Shown piece after piece: positions 13,572 to 26,100 of a stretch of DNA of 64,000 nucleotides. Both the position numbers and the translations under genes were made by a program. The notes beneath the pieces were generated by a model. That model ran no database searches and was not told the origin of the DNA. It was given only the letters and a program-made list of their open reading frames with translations. Each line of letters opens with the position of its first letter. The stretch's first letter is position 1. Origin of the DNA: Cetorhinus maximus (lineage: Eukaryota); contig NC_135898.1 of NCBI RefSeq assembly GCF_964194155.1, positions 13,206,001 to 13,270,000 of the forward strand, given 5' to 3'.

Positions 13572-16500
13572 GTCATAGAAGTTTAAAAGGCCCTTCGGCC
13601 CATCAAGTCTGTGCCAGTCAAACAAGTACCTGACTATTCTAATCCCATTTTCCAGCACTAAGCTCATAGCCTTGTGTGCCATGGCATCGAAAGTGCACTT
13701 CCAAACACTTCTTAAATATTATGAGGGTTTCTGCCTCTACCACCCTTTCAGGCAGTGAGTTCCAGATAACCACCACTCTTTGGGCGAAAAATTCTTCCTC
13801 ACATCCCCTCTAAACCTCCTGCCTCTTACCTTAAATCTATGCCCCCGGTTATTGATCCCTTTACCAAGGGGGAAAGTTCCTTCCTGTCTACCCTATCTGT
13901 GCCCCTCATAATTTTATACATCTCAATCATATGCCCCATCAATCTCCTCTGCTCCAGGGAAAATAACCCCAGTCTATCCAAACTCTCCTCATAACTAAAT
14001 CTCTCCAGCTCAGGCAGCATCCTGGTAAATCTCCTCTGCACTCTAGTGCAATCATATGCTCCCTATAATGCAGATTCCAGAACTGCACGCAATACTCTGG
14101 CTGTGGCCTAACCAGCATTTTATACAGTTCCAGCATAACCTCCCTGCTCTTATATTCTATGCCTCAGCTAATAAGGGCAAGTATCCCATATACCTTCTTA
14201 ACCACCTTATCTACCTGTCCCGCTACTTTAAGGGACCGGTGGACGTGCACACCAAGGTCCCTCTGATTTCCAGGGTCCTATCATTCATCGTGTATTCCCG
14301 TGCCTTGTTTGTCCTGCCCAGGTGCATCACCTCACATTTATCCGGATTAAATTCTATTTGCCACTAATCAGCCCATCTGACCAACCCATCTATATCCTCC
14401 TATAATCTAAGGCTATCCTCCTCACTATTTACCACCCTGCCAATTTTCGTGTCATATGCAAACTTACTGAGCAACCCTCCTACGTTCAAGTCTGAATCAT
14501 TTATATATATACCACAAACAGCAAGGGACCCAACACCGATCCCTGTGGAAGCCCACTGAACACAGGCATCCAGTCACAAAAACACCCTTCGGCCATCATC
14601 CTCTGCTTCCTGTCACTCAGCAAATTCTGGATCTAATTTGCCACATTGCCTTGGATCCCATGGGCTCTTACCTTTGTTATCAGTCTCCCATGCAGGACCT
14701 TATCAAAAGCCTTGCTGAAGTCCAAGTAGGCTACGTCAAATGCATTGCCCTCATCTACACACCTGGTCACCTCTTCGAAAAGTTCAATCAAACTGGTCAG
14801 ACATGACCTCCCCTTATCAAAATCATGCTGAACGTCCTTGAGTAATCCCTGCCTCTCCAAGTGTAGATTAATTCTGTCCCTCAGAATTGCCTCCAATAGT
14901 TTCCCCACCACTGAGGTTAGACTGACTGGCTTGTAGTTCCCTTCTTGAATAACGGTACCACATTAGCTATCCTCCAGTCCTCTGGCACCTCTCCTGTGGT
15001 ATTGAAAATTATTGCCAGTGCCCCTGCTATCTCCTCCCTTGCCTCACTCAACAGCCTGGGATACATTTCATCCGGGCCTGGAAATTTATCTACTTTTAAG
15101 CCTGCCAGACCACTTAGAATCTCCTCCCTTTCCACACTAATTGCTTTAATTATGTCACAGTCCTTCTGCCTGATTTCCATACCCAGGTCGTCCCTTTCAC
15201 TTGTGAACACCGACACAAAGTATTCATTTTGAACCCTACCTATGTCTTCCGGCTCCACACACAAATTACCACTCTGGTCCTTAATGGGCCCTACTCTTTC
15301 CCTAGTTATTCTCTTACTCTTAATGTACTTTTAAAATAACTTTGGATTTTCCTTTATTTTATCTGCCAATGTTTTTTCATGCCCCCTTTTTGCTCTCCTA
15401 ATTTCCTTTTTAAGTTCCCCCCTACACATTCTGTACTCCTCTAGGGCTTCCACTGTTTTGAGCCCTCAGTATCTACCATAAGCCTCCCTTTTTCTCTTTA
15501 TCCAATTGTGTATATCCCTCGACATCCAGGGTTACCTAGATTTGTTGGTCCCACCCTTTATCTTTCCTGCAATATGTTGGCCCTGCACTCTCCCTATTTC
15601 CTTCTTGAATGTGTCCCAGTGCTCTGATGCAGATTTACCTAAAAATAGCTGCTCCCAGTCTACTCTGACCAAATCATATCTAATCTTATTAAAATCGGCC
15701 TTCCCCCAAATTAGAACTCTGATTTCTGGCCGATCCTTGTCCTTTTCCATAACAACCTTGAATCTAACAGAGTTATGATCTCCATCTGCAAAATGCTCCC
15801 CCACTGATACCTCTACCACTTGCCTAGCTTCATTCCCTAAAATTAAGTCCAGGATCGTCCCCTCTCTTGTAGGACCTTCTACGTACTGGCTTAAAAAGCT
15901 CTCCTGGATGCATTTTAAGAATTCCGCTCCCTCCAAACCTATCACACTATGGCTAACCCAATTAATGTTGGGGAAGTTGTAATCCCCCACTATTACTACC
16001 CTACTATTTTTACACTTCTCTGAAATTTGCCTACATTTGCAGATGTGCTCTTCTGTTTCTCTCTGACTGTTTGGGGGCCTATAGTACACTCCCAGCAATG
16101 CGATTGCTCCTTTTTTGTTTTTAAGTTCTACCCATATGATTTCATTTGAGGAGCCTTCTAAAATGTCATCCCTCCTTGCTGCTGTAATTGATTCCTTCAT
16201 CAATATTGCGATACCCCCTCCTCTTTTACCTCCTTCCCTGTAGACCCTATATCCTGGAATATTGAGCTGCCAATCCTGCCCTTCTCTCAACCACATCTCT
16301 GCGAAAGCAATGACATCATACTTCCATGTGTTAATTTGTGCCCTCAACTCATCTGCCTTATTCGTCAGACTCCTTGCATTAAAATAAACACCATCCAACT
16401 TTGCCAAACTCCCTTGTGCCTTAACTGGTCTATAATTTCTATGCTTTCCAGACTCACTTGCTCTCTCTTCCAATTTTGACTGTGCATCTCACCCTGCTGA

Positions 16501-17816
16501 ACCTCCTCTCAGGACCCCATTCCCCTGCCAAGTTAGATTAAACCCTCCTCAACAGCACTAGCAAACCAACTTGCAGGGATGTTGGTCCCATTCTGGTTCA
16601 GGTGCAACCCATCCACCTTGTACAGGTCCCACCACCCCCCAGAAACGGTCCCAATGTCCCAGGAATCTAAAGCCCTCCCTCCTGCACCACCTCACCACAT
16701 ATTCATCTGGACTAACCTCCTATTTCTATACTCACTAGTGCATGACACTGGAAGTAATCCAGAGATTACTACCTTGGAGGTCCAGTTTTTTAATCTGCTT
16801 CCTAGCTGCGTAAATTCTGCTTGCAGGACCTCATCCTTCTTTCTACCTATGTCGTTGGTACCAATATGTACCATGATCTCTGTCTGTTTACCCTCCCCCT
16901 TTAGAATGCCCTGCCCAGTTACATCCTTGACCCTGGCACCAGGGAAGCAACATACCATCCTGGAGTCATGTCTATGGCTGCAGAAACGCCTGTCTGTTCC
17001 CCCTACTATCGAGTCTCCTACCACTGATGCTCTTGTCCTCTTTTTCCTCCCCCCCCTGTGCAGCTGAGCCACTCACAGTGCCATGAGTGTGGCTGCACTC
17101 CCCATAGGAACCGTCACTCTCACGGTTTTCCAACACAGAAAAATGGTTCTCGAGCAAGATGCACCCTGGGGATTTCCTGACTACCTGCCTGACACCTTTC
17201 GTCTGACTGATGGTCACCCATTCCCTCTCCGTCTGCACTTCCGTAAGCTGTGGGGTGACCACGTATAAAAACTTGCTATCCACGAAACTCTCAGCCTTGC
17301 GGATGCACCATAGTGCCTCCAGCTGCCACTCAAGCTCCGAGATTCGTAGCTCAAGTAGCTGCAGCTGGTGGCACTTCCTGCACAAAGACCGCAAGGAATG
17401 TCTAGGACTTCCCACATGTTGCAGGTGATACATAACATGGGACTGAGGTGCCCTGCCATGCATCTAGTTGAAAAAAGTTAAATGCAGTAAAAAAAGTTAA
17501 ATTATTTATGCACTTTAAATAAAAACTCGAACCCTTACCTTTCCTTAGCTTAATCTATTTTAAACTGGAGAAAAATTGGAGAAAAAATGGGAGAAAAACA
17601 CTTACCCACTACTCACCAATCAGCTTTGTGCTGACTTCACTTTTTGAAGCTTCCCCGCACTCGCGTTGGTTCTGATCTCTACGCCACTCTCTCACGCTGT
17701 CTTGTGATGTCACTCTTGTTATTTTCAACAAGAACTGACTGCAGGACACTGTTCCCAGACTGCTTCACCACGATGCTGACTGCAGGACATTCTTCCCAGA
17801 CTGCTTCACCGCAATG
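13572..17816 (-). mobile_element. Near full-length, decayed CR1-clade LINE (ORF1 zinc finger + SGNH esterase; ORF2 AP endonuclease + RT)
   Basis: ORF1 pieces MLCITCNMWEV/CRKCHQLQLLELRISELE and VVGDSIV...CFPGARVKDV...HIGTNDIG. APE YFNARSL...GVYYRPP...VGDYNFP...LDLIL...DHN (15532-16473). RT pieces KFPGPD, WRIANVVPLFKKG, YLDFSKAFDKV. CR1 C-terminus LVRPQPEYCVQFW / QRRFTRM / LFSLEQRR. Frameshifts and deletions present. Possible tttga TSD at 13567-13571 and 17817-17821. Confidence 0.92.
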
Positions 17817-18185
17817 TTTGATGGAGGTATTAAAAATCATGTAGGGTCCAGACAGAGCAGATAGGGAGAAAATGTTTCCACTTGTTAAAGGACCGAGAAC
17901 AAGAGGGCACAGATTTAAAGTTATTAGTTAAAAAAAAGCAATAGTGATGTGAGGAAGAATTTTTTCAAGCAGCGAGTGGTTCAGGTCAGGAACGCTCTGC
18001 CTGAGAGCATGATGAAGGCAGGGACAATTGAAGCATTCAAAAGGGAATTAGACAGTTTTCTGAAAAGTCTGTGAAGGGTTACAGGGAGAAAGTGGGAGAA
18101 TGGAATTTGGCGAGTTGCTCATTCGGAGAGCCAGTGCAGACATGATGGGCTGCCTTCTGCACCATACCAATTGTGTGATTCTGTG
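17817..18185 (+). mobile_element. Older CR1 3' fragment interrupted by the LINE above (5' stub at ~13540-13571)
   Basis: agaaggctgagaggagatttga (13550-13571) continues naturally as tggaggtattaaaaatcatg...gggcacagatttaaag...gtgaggaagaattttttc. Confidence 0.7.
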
Positions 18186-20007
18186 GTCAGAACTCAATTG
18201 TTATGTCACTGTGCTACTTACCTACCTGACTGTCAATTCAGTAGAAGCAATTTGCAACTTAACTTGAAATGGAAATCCTTAAATGCAAATAGTTTTCTGC
18301 ACTGCAAACTCATCTTAGTGCAAAATAGTTAAATTTACTGACAGTAACAAACGAGGAGGGACTGAAGAATAAGAAATTCCAGAGCGATTTGAATATGTGA
18401 GCAGATGCAATTTAATGGCATCAAGTGTGAACCGCTGCATGTAAAACAGAAAAAAAAATAAGCAACATATGTCCCCTGTGAATGGTGTTCAAATAGCAAA
18501 GGACGAAGTGGAGAGGGCCCCAAGGAGCCTTAGTAGACTTGGAACTCAACATGTTGAACCACTGCAAAGTAATAATCAACAAATCCAATCATAGATTCAA
18601 TTACATAAACAGGCAAAGATTGTGATTAATTTATACAAGGCTCTGGTTAGACTGCACCTTGAACACTGTGAGCAGTTCTGGTCAGCAATACACACCAGAG
18701 ACAATCCAGTAATGGAGACATGGCAGAGAAGAGGCCCAAGCCTGATCCTTGCGGCTTCTTTGAAAGCACCTCCCCAACCGGCGACTTCTACCAGCTAGAA
18801 GAACAAGGGCAGCAGACGCCTGGGAACATCACTATCCCCTCCAAGTCACACACCATCGTGACTTAGAAATTTCTCACTGTCCCTGGGTCAAAGTCCTGGA
18901 ACCGCCTTATTAACAGCACTGAGGGAGTACCAACCCCAGATGAATTGCAGCAGTTTAAGAAGGCGGCTCACCGCCACCTTCTCAAGGGCAATTAGGGGCG
19001 AGCAATAAATTTCCACCTTGCCAAACACATTCCGTAAAAGAGAGACAGGAGAAACCTGAGATTCTCAGCTTGAAAGATGAGTCTGAGCACAATGACTTCA
19101 GAAATAGTAAATGACATGGGCAATGTAAATCAGAGATATTACTTTATTTTAAATGGTGGGTGGAGGACAAAGGGTCATGATTTCAAACTCAGAAAAGGTA
19201 AATTAGGACTTGCATCTGGAGGCTCTCAGACTCATAAAAATCAACATCAATGGAAGGGATTCTGGACAGAGCTGTGGAGGTCAAAACCCTGGAATTCTTT
19301 AACAACTGGATGCTGCATTGGGAAGTGGTAGGGTGCCTCTGGATGGAAGGACTAACATAGAATAAATCGTCCTGTTTATCTCTAATTATTTTGTGGCGAG
19401 TGAGCAGGTGGGACCTGGAGAGGGCCGGGATGAAAAGAGCAGCCAGAATCATGTAACCTAAAATCCACAATTAGCAACAGCTAAAACGTGTATATTACCT
19501 TTAAGGTACTCAAGCATTAAGAGACGCTTCAGAGGAGCATTAACAAATAAAATTCAACACTGAGCTACATATGAGGATGTTAGGGCAGATGGCCATAAGC
19601 TTGGTTAAAGAAGCAGGTTTTAAGGAGCATTGTGAACGAGGAAAGAGGCACAGTCACCAAAGGTGAATTGATTAAAGTCAGGGATTCGGAGTAACGCAGG
19701 ATTGTTGGGGAGGTTGCAGATGATGGGAGGAAAGGCCAGATTTCTGAATCGATTGAATACTGAAATTTAATTTCAATGCATTGCAGAACCTCCCACCCAA
19801 TGAAAACATTCACAGGAGAAATGCTCGACCACATCGATTCTCAAACATTTATCTCACCTACGTGGTCCGTGGATAAAAAGTGGACCACCTGGCAGTCCTA
19901 CCCTACCCACTTCCACTTGCCACCAAAAAAAGCTCATCAGAATTGATGGGAAGAATGCGCTGCCTTTGATGAGACATGACATGATTCCTGTTCCAAGCTG
20001 TTGTGAA

Positions 20008-20168
20008 AACCATCGCGTTTCTACATCTCTTCAGTTCTGAAGAAGTAATTTTCAACTTGAAACGTTAACTCTGTTTCTCTCTCCTCAGATGCTGCCAGAC
20101 CTTGAGTTTTGCCAGCACTTCCGGCTTTTATTTCCTATTTCCAGCATCTGCAGTATTTTGGTTTTGTT
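20008..20168 (+). mobile_element. Penelope-type terminal fragment with family B hammerhead motif (20033-20070)
   Basis: agtt-ctgaaga-agt...actt-gaaa-cgtt-aact, then ctcagatgctgccagaccttgagtttt...ccagcatctgcagtattttg. Confidence 0.65.
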
Positions 20169-20639
20169 TGAGATGTTTGCGGTCCTCCATCAAATCAAAC
20201 AATACTTTGTGTATGAATATAATTTACATTCTTTGAAGTCAAAAGGTATCTACATTGTCTCGCTTAATTCTTAGTCTTTTGTCTCTGAACAAGGGGGAAA
20301 AACAATCCGGCAGCATATATGGGAGGTAGGCTAACAAACCTCTAAATTCCAACAGCGTGTTATGCAAGGAACAGAGTCAGGTCACATGGTTGCAGGACAG
20401 GAGGGCTACCAGCTTCCATCCCATGAAGAGATGACACTCTTAAACAAGGAAATCCAAAATCTAAACTTGTTTATTGATGCTCTTGGATGAGCTGAAGCTG
20501 AGCAGCAGTCTTGCCTCTGTCAGAATGTTGCAGGTTCACTCCAGAGATTTAAGCATCAAAAGTTGGCACTCCTGGTGTAATACCGTGTGAGTTCTGCATT
20601 AATAGAGGCAATATCCCCTATATTTTCCTTTTTGTTGTG

Positions 20640-22410
20640 TAAGGACTTAGGATGTTTAACTTTTATTGCGTGGCTGCACATAGGTGCCAACTTGTGCGAG
20701 GCCTGAGAAAATAGACTCATGGAGGTAAATAAGCAGTGGGGAAACATTTGAAGAAAGGGTTCAACATGTTCACCAAAAATACACTCCATTGAAAAACAAA
20801 AATGCAGTGAGAAAGATCCATGTCTTACCAAGATGGTTAAGAATAAAATTTGTAATAGAATAGAAGAAAGGCATATAACGTTGCAAAGAATTGTAGAAAG
20901 TCAGAGCATTGGGAAAGTTTTAGAAAGCAGCAAAAGATCGCCAAAAAGTTGATGGAAAGGGGAAGAAAATACAATGAGTAAACTGGCCAAGAATATAAAA
21001 ACAGAGTGTAAGCTAAAGTAAACTTAAAGTAAACCCTTAGAAGCAGAGAAAGGAGAAATTATTATGGGGAATGAGGAAATGGCAGAGACATTGAACAAAT
21101 ATTTTTTGCCTGTCTTCACAGGAGAAGACACAAGTTACATAACAGAAATAAAGGGTACCTTTTAGGGGCTAAGAAGAGTGAGGAAGATAAGGTAATTAAT
21201 ATCAGCAGAGAAAAAATACTGGAGAAACTCAAGGGGCTAAAATCCAACAAATCCCCAAGACCCAAGGGCCCACATCCTAGGGTTCTAAAAGAGATAGCTG
21301 CAGAGATAGTGGGTGCACTGGCTATGATTTCCCAAAACTCCCTAGATTCTGGGACAGCCCCAGCTGATTGCAAGTTAATAAACAGGAAGCAGAGATTAGG
21401 GATAAATGGGGCATTCTCAAATTGGCAAGCTCTAACTAGATGAGTACCACAAGGAGCAGTGCTGGGGCCCCACGTATTTACCATCTATATTAATGACTTA
21501 TTCAAAGAAACAGAGAATAACATATCTAAATTTGCTGATGATATAAAGCTAGGTGGGAATGCAAGTTATGAGGAGGACACAGATTGAAAAAAAGATCTAG
21601 ACACATTAAGTGAGTAGCAAGAAGGTAGCAGATGAAAGATCATGTGGGGAAGTGAAAACAAGCAGAATATCTTAAAAGGTGTAAAACTTATAAATGTTGA
21701 TGTTCAGAGGGACCTGGGTGTACTCGTACACCAAGTTGGCATGCAGGTATAGCAAGCAATTAGGAAAGCAAATGGCATGTTGGCCTTTAGTGCAAGGGAA
21801 CTGGAGTACAAGGATAAACCAGTTTTGCTGCAATTGTTTGGGTGGTGGTGGGGTGGGGAGGGGGTGGGCAGCGGGCGGTTGTTGAGACCACACCTGGAAT
21901 AGTGCGTGCAGAGTTGGACTCCATATTTAAAGAAGGATACAATTGCATTGGAGGCCGTACAGCAAAGGTTCACATACCAGGTCCTTGGGGTGACAGGGTT
22001 GTGCTATGATGAAAAGCTGAGTAAACTGTGTCGATGCTGTCTGGAGTTTAGAAGAACGAGAGGTGATTTCAGTGTAACATACAAAACTCTGAAGGGGCTT
22101 GACAGGGTAGACACAGAGGTTGTTTCCCCCTAGCTGGGGTATATCTAGAACAAGGGGGCACAGTCTCAGGATAAGGGGCCAATCATTTAGGACTGAGATG
22201 AGGAGAAATGTCTTCACTCAAAGGATTGTGGATGCACCTCATTGAGTATATTTAAGGCTGAGATAGACAGATTTTTGATCTCTCAGTGAATGAAGGGATA
22301 TGGGGAGTGGGTGGAGTTGAAGCCAAAGGTCAGTCATTATCATACCGAATGGTAGAGCAAGCTCGACAGGCCCTAGGCTCTTCTCTTGCTCCTATTTCCT
22401 ATGTTCTTAT
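20640..22410 (+). mobile_element. Truncated, internally deleted CR1 LINE
   Basis: Pieces encoding KSPRPKGPHPRVLKE, VPQGAVLGP, KFADD, RPHLE, QQRFT, LEFRRTRGD; tail cctatttcctatgttcttatg. Confidence 0.85.
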
Positions 22411-22459
22411 GTCCGGAAACTTCGGGTTGCTGTGTGCCAACACAGCTTACAGAGGAAAC

Positions 22460-22760
22460 ATTGCTCGGATCTGCCATCTTGTGGATGAGATGTCAAACCA
22501 AGGGCCCCATCTGCTATCTCAAGTGGGCAGAAAAGATTCCATGGCACTATTTTGAAGAACAGCAAATATTTATCCATCAACATCACTAAAAAACATACAT
22601 TATCTGATCATTATCACATTGCTGTTTGTGGGATCTTGCTGTGCGTACATTAATGGCCACTTTTCCTACATTACAATATTGACAATATTTCAAAGGTATT
22701 ATGGATGTGAAGCACTTTGGGATGCCTGAGATTGGTAAAGGTGCTATATAAATTCTAGGT
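22460..22760 (+). mobile_element. DeuSINE (SacSINE1-like)
   Basis: gatgagatgtcaaaccaagggccccatctgc...aaagattccatggcactattttgaaga...attatctgatcattatcacattgctgtttgtgggatcttgctgtgcg...aaaggtgctatataaa. Confidence 0.75.
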
Positions 22761-22878
22761 TTGGTTTGCTGTCAAAATACATGGGCAGTGTTGTTGAAGG
22801 TGTTTGAATCCCCCCTCCCATGAACAGGTTGGGAAAAAACAGTAATCTTTACAAAGAAGGTAAAACATATTCCATGTG

Positions 22879-22884
22879 TTTATT
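22879..22884 (-). terminator. Candidate poly(A) signal of the ASTL-like gene
   Basis: AATAAA on the minus strand ~280 nt downstream of the stop codon at 23163. Confidence 0.5.
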
Positions 22885-23162
22885 GCATCTGACCCTGAAT
22901 ACATAGTATCATAGGCTGGAGGCTGGCTTTGGGAAGTGGGCCAGGTGTCAACGAGTGCTCCAATCTCTCAGAAGGCGGCGCATTGCAATAAAATATTACT
23001 TCACATGAGCCAGTCCAAATAGATGGGCTCCTCTTCTGAATACAACACATCTCTTGCCCTCGTTGGTGTGTGCAATTGCCAATCCATGAACACTGCTCTG
23101 ACATTGGGCAGTCAGCACGCCCTCAGCAGGACTTTATCAAAGAAATTTGCCATCACAACCCT

Positions 23163-26100
23163 CTAACCCAAGTGAGATTTGTTCCTCTTCTTCAGGCCCC
23201 GGTTGCAGGATGGGTTACGGTGTTTCCAGCCTGAGGCACAGCTACTTCTGTAGATCTGCATGTCATCAATTGCAGCATCACTCTGATAGTTCAGTCCCAG
23301 AACGCCTTCAATAATCACCTGAAGAGGCAAAGACAAGTCAGATCTGGGAAGAGAAACTGAGCTACAGTAAAACATTTAACGCCCGGCAACAGATGTTAAA
23401 GGTTTGTTCAAGCAGCTGCTTAGCCTGGATGAAGAATAAACAGACAAACACGGACATTATGGGAGGGAATCAGGCCATTCGGCCTAACCAATTTATCATC
23501 CATGTAAACAAACATTCCAATTAATTTACCTGCCCTGTTCCCATATCCTTTCATCCTTTTTGCTTGAAGCATTTATCCACTTTAACATCGACATAGTTTC
23601 TGCCTCAACTAACTCTGGAATTGAACTCAACGGCCTCATGACTCTCTGTCTCAAGCAGTTTCCTTGCATTATGTTCCAATTTTGTAGTACAGAACTTTAG
23701 CAGTGCTGTAAAAAGACATGCTGTCGAAGCTTTTCATCTTGCACTCATCAGGACGGATTAGCAAAAATACCCATTGTAAATGGAACAATTCATACTGCAT
23801 GAGAAGAGAGTGCTGACTGATTGGCAAGTGGACTGTGATTGGTAGAGGTGTTGCGATGGAGAATGCACCAGGGAACACTTAACTACCAAGCTGATTTCCC
23901 CATGCAACATCAATATCTGTTAGCGTTGTGAGGCCCCAAGGCCAACCCAAGCATACATATCTGTAAACCCGGCAAAGGGACTGGAGTTGTCATCCTTAAC
24001 AAGAGTGACTATATCAACCAAAGACACCCCCGTTCTTAATGACAGGTCCAAATCCTAATCCATCTGGCCTACTACTAAGCATGACTGGACAGACCTGCTC
24101 AAAAACAAGTTACAAAAACACTTCTTGAACTTGTGTAAGACTAACGAGCTGCTGGGTGGTTTATGATAAGATGATAAGATGTGAGGATGAATCCTATGTA
24201 TGGGCTGCCCAAGACACACAAAAGTGAAGTCCCTTTACACCCTATATTATCTATGGCCGGTTCTGCACAACATGAATTGGCCAAATGGTTGGGCGAGTTG
24301 CTACAACCAGGTCTGAGCAAATTTTTCACATACATGGTGAAGGATTCCTTCACCATTGTGAAAAGCATAAAGGACTTGTGTATTGATAGCAAGGCTGTGT
24401 CCATATGCTAGTTTGACATTGCTAACCTATTCACCAATGTTCCACTTCAGGAAGCCATAGACATTTGCACAGCAGCAGTCTAACATGGCAATCTGGATGC
24501 GCTGTCATTGTCTGAATCTGTACTTATTGGACTTATGAACTCAGCAACTCGGGCAGTTGAGTTCATTTTGAACAACACCATGTATGCCTGAATAGATGGT
24601 GTTGCCATAGGATCCCCTTTAGGCCCAAGTCCTCACAAACCTCTTTGTCAGCTTCCAAGAGAAACACATCTTCGATGGAATGCCACCTAACCTCCTACCT
24701 CTCGCATAATTCCAATATGTAGACGACACGTTTGTCATATTTGAATCCGCAGCTGCATGTAAGAATTTCTTTACACACCTTAATGGACTCCATCCTGCAC
24801 TCAGGTTCATCTTTGAAATGGAGCAGTCAAATGAGCCCCTTTTTCTTGATGTGCTAGTTGAGAAATATGACAATGGGTTCTCCACAACTATCTCCCGCAA
24901 GCCTACTTTCACTGGTCAATACACGCGTTGGGATTCCTACAGCTGCACGCACTATAAGATTAGCCTTATCAGCAACCTCATTAATAGGGCCTGAGCCATT
25001 TGCTCACCGCGCAAGCTTGATGCTGAAACAGGGCCCATCAAAGCTGTTGTGTGGGATAATGGCTACCCTGATCAGGTCACTGCTTGCTGTATATCGTGCA
25101 AACTCATGAATGGGCCAAAGGCTACCACTTTCAGTCCTGAAAAGTGCCCAGTCTACCTCAGATTACCCTGAAGGGTAAGGAGGTACCACAAAAATTTGAG
25201 CAACAGGTGAAGCTAGCCGTTTCATGTGCTACTGTACAGTAGCAAAGCGAGTGGTATTCTCTACACACAGGATACTGCCGACACGCCAAAAAGACATTCT
25301 GCCTATCACACAGATGAGTAATGTAGCCTATGAATTTCAGTGCCAGTGTGATGCCAGGTATGTAGGCCTTATGTCCCAATGACTACCGGATCATAGCAAA
25401 CAACAACAGGCAAGGTACAGACCGTACCCAACCAGCCTGTGCTTGCAAAACTTAAACCATAGTGTCCAACATTAGATGTGATTCCGAGATTCGTCATCAC
25501 TTGCTAAACAATCCTGACTGTGCTAAGAATTACAGTGAAAACTAATTTCAGATTATCAGTCGGGTTCGCAGTGTGGCTCACTTACATGTGCTAGAAGCTA
25601 CATATATTGACATACAGGGCCCTGTCCTTTGCAGAAAGAAAAAGCATGCCCATGCATTGCGCCTTTTTCAACCAAACAAAAGCTTGGGGACACCCATTCC
25701 CCATGGTCATGCCTTGACCAATCAGAGTCAACCTGCCCGATTTGAATTTAAACAAAAGCTTGACAGTTAAATGTTTCCTGGTGCATTCTCCATGTACTCT
25801 CGCCAAGTTTGCGGATGACACAAAAAAAAGTGGGAAGGCAAATGGTGAGGATGACAAAAGGAGTCTAACAAAGGGATATAGACAGGTTAAGTGAGTGGGC
25901 AAAAATTTGGCAGATGGAACAATGTGGGAAAATGAGAGGTTATGCACTTTGGCAGGAAGAATAGAGGAGCTAAATATTATAAATGGTGAAAAACTGCAGA
26001 AGGCTGCAACACAGAGGGATTTGGAAGTCCTTGTGCATGAATCCCAAAAAGCTTCAACAGGAAAATGGAATGTTGGCCTTTATTTCAAAGGGAATGGAGT

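Noticed and set aside
15532-17463. 313-aa endonuclease and esterase ORFs as host or domesticated genes
   Set aside because: They are collinear parts of a frameshifted CR1 LINE.
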